Assembly: GCA_026770705.1 (NCBI GenBank)
Contig: JANJGN010000017.1
Location: 22,568,001-22,632,000 of the forward strand
Length of the DNA stretch: 64,000 bases
Origin: Isurus oxyrinchus
Taxonomy: Eukaryota
Reading direction: 5' to 3'
The notes beneath the pieces are model-generated. The model was not told the origin of the DNA, did no database searches, and worked only from the letters and a program-made list of their open reading frames with translations. The position numbers and the translations under genes are program-made. This document shows positions 25,391 to 36,919 of this stretch, in pieces; position 1 is the first letter of the stretch, and every line of letters begins with the position of its first letter.

Positions 25391-27287
25391 GTGGGAGTTC
25401 TGTCTCACTGTCATGGCTGGTGGTATTGATTTCTCTCTTAGCACACTGTATCCCTGCCCTGTGAGCTGGCTGTGGTTTGTAACCAACAGGTACAGCCCCC
25501 CACCAGCATTAGGTTGTTAGTTAAAGTGTTCTGTATCTAGTGCCAGCCCATTTAAAAAAAAATTATTTGTTCATGGGACGTGGGCTGGCTAGGCCGGCAT
25601 TTATTACCCATAAATGCCCTTGTTCAGAGGGCTTTTAAGAGTCAACCACATTATTGTGGGTCTGGAGTCACATGTTAGGCCAGACCAAGTAAGGACAGCA
25701 GATTTCTTTCCATAAAGGACATTAGCGAACCAGATGGGCTTTTACGGCAATCAGCAATGGTTATATGGTCATTCTTAGACTTTTAATTCCAGGTTTTTAG
25801 TGAATTCAAATTTCACCAGCTGCCGTGGTGAAACCCAGGACCCCAGAGCATTACTCTGGGTCTCTAGAATACTAGTCCAGCGACAATACCACTACGCCAC
25901 TGCCTCCCCTAATGCACCCACTGCTGTAAATCCAGAGCAAGCAGGCCGCTTGAGAAGATCTAGCGGAATATCTGGTTAGGAACAGGGCTGAAGATTATGA
26001 GGATTTGTAAAGGGTGGAGATGATGGAATGCTGTGCAGGGCAGAGTAGTTCCTGATGGACTGTGACCAGGGAATGCAGTGAAATTCATTTCCCCTTCTCT
26101 CATTCCAGCTGACTTCACTCTTCAGTTCATTGACATACAGTGGTCACAAGAATGTGTTTACCATCCTTTGTAATAAGATTATAAGCAGGAATCACCTCAC
26201 TGGTCACCCAGATTAGCAACTGACCAGAACAATGATTACCTCTCTCCACTGCAATAATGAAAGTTAGAATGTATCAATAACAAAATATCTAAATAATAAA
26301 TTAAATGTAATTTCAAAAGCTTCGTTCTAAGCTGCCCGGCTTCACTGAAATCTGAGTCTCTGCAACCCAGGCACAGGTTGGTCCTCTTTAAATTACCAAA
26401 AATATTTCAAGGTGCCACACATAAATAATTAACCCACACATACAAAAGAAACGAGATGGTATGTTGGTTCCAGTGGGGTTGAGAAGTAGGAAGAAGCAGA
26501 ATATTGGACTCTGGAGGATCAGTGGGTCCATTCCACATCAAGTGGACACATGGGCATGTGTGGCGCCGATGGCCTGGGTTTGTACCCGAGACCACTGACC
26601 TGGACGTCCAGGGGTTGAACACTTATCGCTGGGACACTCCTCCGAGTCTTGAAAAATCATCAGGGAATTTTCAAAAATTGTGTTTTATTCATTTTCTTTG
26701 AAAACATTCACAATTAGTTATGAAAGTATTGCATATGGTGGGGCGGGCTTGGGGGTGGGGGCAGGGAAAGAAACTGTTTGACCTGATGGGGCATTTGGAG
26801 GCAGGATCATGTGCTTATCACCTTCAGGAATATGTCCGGGCAGAGTGGTAGCCTAAGATTGCATGAGAGAGGTGAGCATTGGTCAGTCAGGTGGATCAGA
26901 ATGTGTACCTGTACAGGTAGGAAGCTCCAGCACAGTCTGTACAGACTGAGCCTCTCATTGACCAACACTCACTGCTCCTGCCCATTCAGAGACTGAGAGA
27001 GATCCTCCAGCATACCTCTGGGAGCAGGCAAATGTTCATCAGCCTCACAACAGACAGTTACCCTGCACTGGTGACTATAATAATGCCCCCTGGAAACTAT
27101 AATAGACTGCCCCCCCCCTCCCCCAAGGAATGTAATTGCCTCCAATTCATTGGACTACCTGTGAATGAGCTCAGTTTTTCTGGGCTGCACATATCTCCAT
27201 GTGTGATCACCATCTGGGGTGGGGAATAGGCCTGACAACCTGGCTGCCGGGAAGAGATTTGCTGATTTATGTTGATTTCTGTTGCAG

Positions 27288-27377
27288 GGCAAGTCGGGGA
27301 ATCTTATGCCAGATGGCTGTCACACAGCAACCTCGGTGTGCAGTCTGATCAGAACGTAAGGAGACGGAAAGCTACAG
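27288..27377 (+). CDS. Penultimate exon K (GQVGESYARWLSHSNLGVQSDQNVRRRKAT)
   Basis: ttgcAG/GTAAC, 90 nt, phase 1-1, open frame. Confidence 0.65.
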
Positions 27378-27565
27378 GTAACACAGTGAGGCCACATGGG
27401 GAAGCTGGACATTATAGTTTGAGCTGATTTGCTGAGATTTTTATATAGTTGTCCATCCTCTCCTGACCTCTGCCATAGTCCAACCCCCTCCTCTCCTGAC
27501 TCTCAGCCTGATCCTGTTTAGGAAAGGATCAGTGTGTTTTTTAATGAATTATTTATTTTTTTTAG

Positions 27566-27615
27566 GTCAGTCTTCACACAGGAGAACCCGAAAGCGAGCT
27601 CTCGGCACCAAGTGA
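27566..27615 (+). CDS. Terminal coding exon L (GQSSHRRTRKRALGTK*)
   Basis: Poly-T + tttAG acceptor, TGA at 27613-27615. Short polybasic end like human COL17A1 DQVYAGRRRRRSIAVKP*. Confidence 0.7.
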
Positions 27616-28572
27616 TGCAACGACTCATGCGGAGCAGGCTCGAGGGGCTGTACAGCTGACTCCTGCTCCAATTCTTCCAGCTCCAGGCAGTGACTTTGCC
27701 CATATATCACCCTCTTTTTCAGCAGCTTAACCTCGGAAGAAAAATGCACGCAAATTTCTTTTTTGTGCCTTCTGTGATACAGCACATTAATCTGGGGTTC
27801 TAACTACACACAATTATTGTATCCATGGAAAAAGGCAGATAGCGACTGATCTGTGGGAGACTTCGCTGCATGAGGTTCCTTTCTCTATCAGTTCCTGGTG
27901 CATTGCCCCTCAATGCTAGGAATCTGTGAACTACCTTCTGAGTCAGTGGCCACATGGGTCAGAGACGATGCTCCCAATTCTACTGTTCAATGGTCACCAA
28001 ATATTGTTAGAATGTAAGAAATAGGAGCAGGAGTAGGCCGCTCAGCCCATCGAGCCTGCTCTGCCATTCAACACGATCATAGCTGATCTGCCTCAACACC
28101 GTTTTTCCACCTGTGCCCCATGTCCCTTAAATCCATAAAATCCGTCTATCCATCTCAGCTTTATGTTATGCTGGACATTTATAAAGCTCTGATGAACCCC
28201 CGGCTAGTATAATAAGTTCTGGTCAGTACATTTCAGGAAAGATATGAAGGTCCTTGGGAGGGTGCAGAGGGATGAGAGATTTTGGTTACAAGGTTGGGTT
28301 GGAGAAGCTGGGGTTGTTCTCTCTGGAGCAAAGGAGTTTGAGGGGAGATTTGATAAAGATGGACAAGATGATGACAGGTTTAGATAAGGTGGACAAAGAA
28401 AAGCTGTTCCCATTAGCTGATTATGCAAGGGCTAGGGAGACACAGATTTAAGGTTTCGGGCAAGAAATGCAAGGTGAATGTGACAAGAACTTTATACAGC
28501 GAGTAGTAATGACCTGGAACTCGCTGCCCACGAGGACGGTGGAAGCAGAAACAATCACTGATTTCAGAAGGA

Positions 28573-30465
28573 AATTGGATGGGAACTTGAAGGAAATAAA
28601 CTTGCAGGGATATAGGGATCGAATGGGGGAGTGGGACTAACTGGATTGCTTGACAGAGAGCCAGCATGGACTTAATGGGCTGAATAGCCACCTTCTGTGC
28701 CATAAACGACTTTATGACTCTCAAATATTTTCAACGATGAAGCATCCACAACTATTTGGGCTACAGAATTCCAAGGATTCACAACCCTTTGATTGAAGAA
28801 ATTTTGTCTCAGTCCTAATTGGTCAGCCCCTTATCTGAGACTGTTCTAGATTCCCCTGCCAGGGGAAACAGCCACTCAGTATCTACCCTGTCAAGCCCCT
28901 TCAGAATCTTGATCCTTTGACCAGTGAGAAGGAGGCAGTCTCATGCCCATCCCCCATCATGTCCATGTAGCTGACGCCCAACATCAACAGCTCAACAGAA
29001 TTATTTTCTTCAGATTTCCAGCATCCATGGTATTCAGCTTTTCAATTAGAATTCTTGAGAGTTCCAGGGGAAGGGTCATGTACTCCATTTAGGACATTCA
29101 ACAGGTGGATGACCCCCCCTGCCTCCCTCCATCCCGCCCGCCCCCTCCCTCCCCCTCTCCTCCCGCCCCCTCCCTCCCCCTCTCCTCCCCCCTCCCCTGG
29201 ATGTGAAAGTGACTCCTGTAGATCTCAGTGGAGTTGAGGTCAGTTGACATCTTTAACAGACACTGTATCAACAGCCAATAACAGTGAAGCATTAGGTATG
29301 GACCAGCCCCCATCACCATTCTCACATGGCTGTGAATAAGTTAAAGAAGCAGGGCTGTGGGTTAGAGATGCTGACAGCAGAGCCTGCAGTTTTCTCAGGA
29401 AGGAGATAGTTGTCTTAAGGTTGGAGATGGAGAGGGGCAGAGACCATGATTGATGAGCACTGAATGGCCATTGTCCATAGCTTGGGTGGCCCAGAGGCTA
29501 AGAGGAATGATGTGGCGCCTATGCATTCAGTCGCTGTGTTTTGACCCTTCGCAGATTTCAGTTCTTGTGATGTTTCTCTCATCTATCACTGTACTTACAG
29601 GTTACAATGATTCCACTAACCAGCTGACTATTTTACAGCCTGTCACTTAAATTGTAAAATTCTTCTTTTGGAATAAAAACAATGATTTTAAAAAACAAAA
29701 CAAAGTGGATTCCTCCAAAGATTTACTTAACATCTGCCAAATGAATATTCCTCAGTTTAAACTTCGAGCCAGTGCTCACCATCAGCTTTGCTGCTGGTCA
29801 CCACAATCCTTAGTGGAGCCACCCTGACCTTCCGAACAGTCTGACAGTGGAGTCAGGATGGACTGGCAGCTTCTCCTTACCCCGGGGCTGCACTCTGTCC
29901 TCCTCACTAGTCCAAAGTAAATTGGATGCGCGCTCGAAGGAAATTAACTTGCAAGGATAATGGGGGTCGAATGGGGGAGTGGGACTGACTGGATTGCTCT
30001 GTGGGGTGCCGGTATGGCCTTGATGGGCTGAATGGCCACCTTCTGTGCCATAAACAACTTTATGACTCTCAAATATATTCAACGATGAAGCATCCACAAC
30101 CCTTTGGGGTAGAGAATTCCAAGGATTCACAACCCTTTGACTGAATAAATTTTGTCTCAGTCCTAATTGATCAGCCCCTTATCTGAGACTGTTCTAGATT
30201 CCCCAGCCAGGGGAAACAGCCACTCAGTATCTACCCTGTCAAGCCACTTCAGAATCTTGATCCTTTGGCCAGTAAGAAGGAGGCAGTCTCATGCCCATCC
30301 CCCATCATGTCCATGTAGCTGACGCCCAACATCAACAGCCCAACAGAATTATTTTCTTCAGATTTCCAGCATCCATGGTATTCAGCTTTTCAATTAGAAT
30401 TCTTGAGAGCCAGGGAATGGGTCGTGTCCTCCAGTTTAGGTCATTCAACAGGTGCATGACCCACC
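28573..30465 (+). repeat. Local direct duplication (~540 bp; 28573-29115 vs 29920-30465)
   Basis: Both copies share CR1-fragment junctions, downstream non-CR1 sequence and a following poly-C tract. Confidence 0.85.
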
Positions 30466-30585
30466 CCCCCCCCCCCCCCCCCCCCACCAACCACGAACCC
30501 CAACCCCACCACCAATGCAGCTGGAGGGCTAACTCACCAGGCCCCAACCACCCATCTAGTGCAGCTGGATGTTCCCTCATCCCCC

Positions 30586-31408
30586 TCTCTCCCCGGTGCA
30601 GGCGGAGGGCTGACCTCCTCCCAGTGCAGGCAGAGGGCTGACCTCCCCCCAGTGCAGGCAGAGGGCTGACCTCCCCCCAGTGCAAGCAGAGGGCTGACCT
30701 CCCCCCAGTGCAGGCAGAGGGCTGACTTCCCCCCAGTGCAGGCAGAGGGCTGACCTCCCCCCCGGTGCAGGCGGAGGGCTGACCTCCCCCACCGGGTGCA
30801 GGCGGAGGGCTGACCTCCCCCACCGGGTGCAGGCGGAGGGCTGACCTCCCCCACCGGGTGCAGGCGGAGGGCTGACCTCTCCCCAGTGCAGGCGGAGGGC
30901 TGACCTCTCCCCAGTGCAGGCGGAGGGCTGACCTCTCCCCAGTGCAGGCGGAGGGCTGACCTCTCCCCAGTGCAGGCGGAGGGCTGACCTCTCCCCAGTG
31001 CAGGCGGAGGGCTGACCTCTCCCCAGTGCAGGCAGAGGGCTTACCTCTCCCCAGTGCAGGCAGAGGGCTGACCTCTCCCCAGTGCAGGCAGAGGGCTGAC
31101 CTCTCCCCAGTGCAGGCAGAGGGCTGACCTCTCCCCAGTGCAGGCAGAGGGCTTACCTCTCCCCAGTGCAGGCAGAGGGCTGACCTCTCCCCAGTGCAGG
31201 CAGAGGGCTGACCTCTCCCCAGTGCAGGCAGAGGGCTGACCTCTCCCCAGTGCAGGCAGAGGGCTGACCTCTCCCCAGTGCAGACAGAGGGCTGACCTCT
31301 CCCCAGTGCAGGCAGAGGGCTGACCTCTCCCCAGTGCAGGCAGAGGGCTGACCTCCTCCCAGTGCAGGCAGAGGGCTGACCTCCCCCCCAGTGCAGGTGG
31401 AGGGCTAA
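30586..31408. repeat. 28-bp GC-rich minisatellite, about 29 copies
   Basis: Unit CTGACCTCTCCCCAGTGCAGGCAGAGGG. Confidence 0.95.
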
Positions 31409-33388
31409 CAGGGTGGGAAGAGAGCAGGTTTATGTCTGTGAGGGCCAGAAACATACAGGGGCATAATCAAAGTAGAGTTCCTTTAGACTGTCAATAAATT
31501 TAACCATATATCCTATCTCTTTCTCATCTAGTTTTGGTTTTATTCATTTTATACTCTGCAGCAGTCCCAGGCTTAGAGGATCCAGTCTCAGGTCTCTGAC
31601 CTGGTTAGTTACTGCTGTTTTTCTACTTCATGCTACCACTATGGATGAGAATTTCCCCATGGTACACCTGGAGAGGGGTTGGTGAACTTCTCATGTTACA
31701 AACCGGTGATGACACTTGGTGACCCCAAACCTTCTGCTAGTTCAGAGTCACTGTGACACTGCCCCAATGGCCAAGGTGAATGAAGCAGATTCATTGCCCT
31801 TCCCCCATCAACATTAGGTTCACTATGAATCTGGTTAAAGAGGAACCTCAACTGCTTATCACTAACTGATCAGAATGTACCCCCACACAGCCTCCAGCTG
31901 CTTGATTGTGTTTAACAAGTGAACGGTTTTAAAATCAGTCACTGGTTCCAGGTTTGGGGGTGGGTAAACAGGGACCGAGGAATCAGACCTGGCTTCTGTT
32001 AATACCACTGGCCTCCCATGAAGCAAAGGAGTTTTCCCATGAGCAGCAGAGTACTGGCTACCTGGGTAGTGATGGGGAGATGGTCAACAGCACCTGACTC
32101 CTACACAGGGGTTTGAAGCTCTCTCATTAACCCCTTCCGGTCAGATTCCAAGCCAGGAATGGTTCCTCGGTCTCAATTTAGGATTTCTTTTCCTTAAGCT
32201 CCTGCAATTCCTGTCTGTCAATCATTTCAATAAATACTTTTAGCATGAGTGTGTTCAAGATCTGATTGTGTGAAAGAATATCAGGAGTGGATCAAGCTCT
32301 TTGTGACTTTGAATGTGACCAGACCACACGCTCCATCTGCCACTTCACAAACACTAAGTAAACATGAGCAGTTCTTATTCCCACTTTGCAGCCATTTACA
32401 AGGCTCTGAATTGAGAGTCCAGCAGATTCTGGTGTCTGCACAAATACTGGGACCGCAGAATCTATCCCCCTTCACCACTCCCCAACCTATACTCCCACCT
32501 TCCCCAACACTCCCTCGCCCCTCTCACCACACAGTATCAAATATTGTACTCAAATATTAAATCGTTCTCAATATCCCAGGGCACATTGATTATTCACAAG
32601 ATGGAGGGCAGGCTGCTACTCCAGCTGCTCAGCCAATATTACACCTGATAGGCCCAGGTCACTGAGTAGCACTCAGCAGAATCATATGGTAGGGGGTTCA
32701 TGCCTCACTGCAAAGACTGGAGAACCTAATCCAGGCTGACAGTGGGCGAAGGAACTAATGGACCTCAGTGAGAGAGAGAAGGGGCATTGTAACAGGTCAC
32801 TGCAAGCTCAGTCAGCTTCGAGGGACCAAAGTGATGCTGTTGCTCCGGATTGTCTGACCAGCACCAATGGACAAGGCTTGCAGAATCAACAAACAAGGCT
32901 TGAGAAATCTAGTTCAACCTGTGCACAGTTCTCACTCTGACTGTGCTCACAGTTCTCACTCACTGGGTCAAAATCCTGGAACTCCCTCCCTAATACCACT
33001 GTGGACTGCAGCAGTTCAAGAAGGCAGCTCAACACCACCTTCTCAAGGGCAATTAGGGATGGGCAATAAATGATGGCCCAGCCAGCGATGCCCATGTCCT
33101 ATGAATGAATATTAAATAAACTCGCTGACTGCATGCAGCTCTCATTCATTGTGTGGCCCTAAAGCTGAGGCAAGGGCAATGCTGTAGCCTGGCCCAGTAT
33201 CCCTGGCTGACACCATGCTAGAACAGATTCTCTGCTCATTAGTCTTATTGCTGGTTATGGGGTCCTGCTGTGCACAAAACATCTCCTGGTTTTTCCACAT
33301 AAGAATGACTGGGCTTCAGACTAATTAAGTAGCACTTTGAAATGTCCTGTGATTATAGAATGTACCATGTTTAAATAAATGCAAGTTC

Positions 33389-33394
33389 TTTATT
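33389..33394 (-). terminator. Candidate STN1 polyadenylation signal (AATAAA)
   Basis: TTTATT on +, about 275 nt past the STN1 stop. Confidence 0.4.
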
Positions 33395-33669
33395 TAGTTC
33401 ATAGCAGTGGACAAATTCAAAGTCAAAACACCAAGATCTGAGGTTTCATAGGAATAGTGATTAAAACCCCTTGTGACTCCATGGTACATTCCAGTGCCAC
33501 CCCTGTAGATAAAAGATGAATTCTTGCAAATCCTGGCTTTCAGCGACAGGCTGGGTAATCACTGATATGGGAGTTGAGTCCAGACTCATGTTCCCTGGCT
33601 CAGTCCAGCAGAGTTCAGTGTTAAGGTTTTTCTTGGTGCCTGAGTGGGGGCCTCTTGGCTGAGACCCAG

Positions 33670-33827
33670 TCAGGAAGCTGTGTAGTGTCGGTCCATGGTG
33701 CTGACTATCTCGCTGTTGCACTCCAGTCTGTCCAGCACCCTCTGCACTGTGGCCTCACTAACTCCCGCACTGTAACTGTGCCGCACACAGCTCATGATGT
33801 GAAGGAAAGGACAGCCCTTATCAACAT
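33670..33827 (-). CDS. STN1: STN1 terminal coding exon ([16 protein letters not shown]...[14 protein letters not shown])
   Basis: Like human EKGCHFLHILACAR...SDIVSTMEHYYTAF*, 158 nt. The nine exons total 1104 nt, i.e. 367 aa plus stop. Confidence 0.95.
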
Positions 33828-34722
33828 CTATAGCAAACAGAAAAGGAATTAAATATCTGGTGCTGGCAGGGGTACATTCCGAGATAGATTGAAGAAGGTG
33901 AAGGTGATGGTACCTATAGAGAACCTACTAATTCTGGGACAGCATTCTGAATTCTACTTTCCCTCTTCTCCCATTTCTCTCAGTCTCATCCTCTTTCCCA
34001 CTGATCTGACAATAGTAAATCTCCCGCTAAGAGGCTCTGTGCTGCTACCTGCACACCTTAAGGTAACACTCATCATTCCCCTCTCACAGGAGATGCCATC
34101 TGTTACAATCCATACAGAACACACATCATGTTTTCTGGAGAGATCAGTTCCCACCACGTTTAACAGGATAGTGTGGACAAAGTCTAAGGTTCCTCCTCTC
34201 AGAAACAGTCCACCACCATCACAGCAAATAATGTATCTGCTTCATACGCTCGGTCTCCGAGACTGAAGGCTCTGCTGACTGAGAGAAAAGCATTGTGACA
34301 AGAGATGTCACTGTAACCATGGCTACAGTAGCTGGGTGATGATAGGACTAGACCAGTAATTCAGGGTTAACGAACTCAAAACCGCCAGAAAGTGACGTGT
34401 CACTGTGGGATTGCCGTAAAAACCCGCTGAGCTAAAGCAGTGAGTGTGGCTTCACTGCACAGTGGGATGCTGATTATGCGTGACATAACTTCACAAAACC
34501 AGGGGACAACTAGTCATTACTTTTATCTGATTCCATCTCCGAAGCTCCTCGGGATGCTTTTTGTATGTTAAAAGGCGCTATAGGAATGTAATTCATCATT
34601 TATCACCAGTTGTCCCACATGGGTATCTGTTACCATGCCCCTGTCACTCACCCAGAGGAGGTTCATATGCAGAAGGAGCCCTAACAAAGGCAACAAGATT
34701 GAGAGGAAGGGATGTCACTCAC

Positions 34723-34795
34723 ATTTTGGTCGTGTGGAATCATCTCGAATGATTCCTAGTGTCACACTGTGTAATTCTTTCTCCTCATCAGTCAC
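34723..34795 (-). CDS. STN1: STN1 coding exon 8 (VTDEEKELHSVTLGIIRDDSTRPK)
   Basis: Read by eye; like human VTREDKDLHRKIHRIIQQDCQKP, 73 nt, AG/GT. Confidence 0.92.
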
Positions 34796-35790
34796 CTGTA
34801 CAATATTCACAAACAGACAAATACCATCACTATATCACTCTGTATAACTAACATGCACAATGTCACCCACCTCCTGATGCTGGGCTCAGTGCAGTGATGC
34901 AATTTTAACCCTGCTGCATTGTAGGCATTACAGGATCAAGGATTCCAGACCCACGAATCTGAGCTCAATTATAGGCAGGTTAACAGGAAAGGGGTTACTG
35001 GTGACCCACAAACCCCACTCCTGGAAAAAATCCTGCCTCAACAACCTGGTTTTTGACTAAGTTACTAGACTGGCATTATCAGTAGTTATAAGTTCAGTCA
35101 GGGGTCAGTTGTCCAGCAATGTGGTGAACTGTGGTTTTCAAAATGCAATTGAATAGCCATTTAAACAGCTGCAGAATAATATTGATTAGGATTGGAGGAC
35201 AGAGGCTGAGACTGGCATTGGGAGGGAGGTTGGGCCAGAGGCTGGGATGGACACTGGGACACATGTTGGGAAGGAGGCTGGGACAGAGGTTGGGATGAAT
35301 TTCATGGGCATTGGCACATACATTGGGACGGTGGCTGGGTCGTATGTTCGGATGAATGTTGAGCCGTGTTCTTGGTTATTAATGGCAGTGATTCACGGGG
35401 ACTAGTCACTAGTGGAGTTTTGTAGATACTGGAGTTGTGTTGATGCTCTTCATCAAAGATCTGAATGACAGCCAACAAGATCATGGATACTGCAAAGATA
35501 TTTGCAGGTGGAAGGACCCAAGATGAGATAAATAGATTGTAGGCACTGTTTGATAGACAAAAGTCGCAGCATGAACTTGGATGGGACATCATCACCAACG
35601 TACAGAGCATATAGGGTTATTCCTCAAGCTCTCTTCAAAAGAAAGAGAAGGAGAATAAGATAGTGGGAGAGAGTGAAAGAGGGAAGAGGAGATAGGATGG
35701 GACAGAGGGGGAGGAGGGTGGGGTGGGGGAAGTGCACAAACTGGCGAGGTCAGAATCCAGGCTCTGCGGGTGATTTGTTCTGCAGCTTAC

Positions 35791-35913
35791 CAGATATAGC
35801 TCACTGGGTCCGGCCACTTTCTGGAAGATGAGTCCCTCCTCCTGCAGAGCGTAGACAGCGTCCTCAAAAACCTCATGAATCTGCTTTGATACACAGGCCG
35901 TGCTGGGGCAATC
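35791..35913 (-). CDS. STN1: STN1 coding exon 7 (DCPSTACVSKQIHEVFEDAVYALQEEGLIFQKVAGPSELYL)
   Basis: Like human SKAIHSIFKNAIQLLQEKGLVFQK, 123 nt, AG/GT. Confidence 0.93.
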
Positions 35914-36240
35914 CTTCAACATAAACCAGAAGGTACATAAAAGATAGGGAGAGGGAGGGAGAAAGGGTGGTGGAGAGAGAGATGGGGGTTGGAAAGAGGG
36001 CGAGAGAGAACGAGAGAGAACATGTTTGTAACGTCACAAGTTCACATTGCACGACTCTCCTCACCCTCTCACCTACATCACTGCCCCAACCTGCATGCCC
36101 TCTCGGCCCGCACTCCACGCACTCCCTCAACCCACCAATCACCTCCCTCAGCCCCAACCTCCACATTCCCTCATCCTCAATGATCACATCCACCCAGCTA
36201 CCCCCTTACCCTGTACAGACTGGGTTTAGCCGTAACCCAC

Positions 36241-36415
36241 CTGTGAGGTTTGGGTTGGGTGGTGTTGTAGATAAAGACTCACTCGGTCTTGTTGAGCAAT
36301 GCAAGCCAGTGAGTCGATGGCCTCCAGCTCCCGCTGGTAGAAATTCTTCACTCCATTCTGATTCAGAAACTGTTTGATCTTCCTCTGCAGTGACAGGGTC
36401 TGCACTCCCTGTTGA
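36241..36415 (-). CDS. STN1: STN1 coding exon 6 (...KIKQFLNQNGVKNFYQRELEAIDSL...)
   Basis: Winged-helix segment FYQxELE, 175 nt. An alternative in-frame donor would end the exon at 36283. Confidence 0.88.
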
Positions 36416-36746
36416 CTAAAAGCAATGAGAGAGACAGTAACAAAAAAAGATAATGAGAGAGGTGAACACATTGTTAGAATCAGATAGCAAATAGGGAGAA
36501 CTGGGTACAGGAACAATAAAATAATAATTTGTGCATAAACACAGACCCTCCATTCACTCCCTCCCTATTTTGGACCTGTTCATCCCTGTGCTTCTATCCC
36601 TCTTCCCACTCCCTCTCACACAGGCTCCTTCATCTCTCTCTCTCTCTCCGCAGCACCTGCTCTCAGTCCTGCCTCTTCCCCCACTCTGCTCCTGCCCTCC
36701 GTTCTCTCCCTCCCCCTTTCCTCTCCTCCAATGTGACGGTTCTTAC

Positions 36747-36864
36747 TTTTGTTCAGGTGAATCCTTTTGCATTTCAAATGGTTTATCATAAAAGTTTCGG
36801 TAAAGATATGGGAGTTCCAGCATCCGAGAAATCTGTGCAGCAAATAGAGGATCGACCACCTTAG
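36747..36864 (-). CDS. STN1: STN1 coding exon 5 (KVVDPLFAAQISRMLELPYLYRNFYDKPF...)
   Basis: Like human [29 protein letters not shown], 118 nt, AG/GT. Confidence 0.95.
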
Positions 36865-36919
36865 CTACAGATAAATAGAACACGTTAAACAAAGGAGGAA
36901 CTCCAGTCCGAGCACAACC

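Noticed and set aside
29672-29677. AATAAA as the collagen gene poly(A) signal
   Set aside because: About 2 kb from the stop and beyond CR1 fragments. Plausible, but unsupported without transcript data.
30332-31454. PALGRGQPSACTG repeat ORFs
   Set aside because: Artefact of the 28-bp minisatellite, whose unit is not a multiple of 3.
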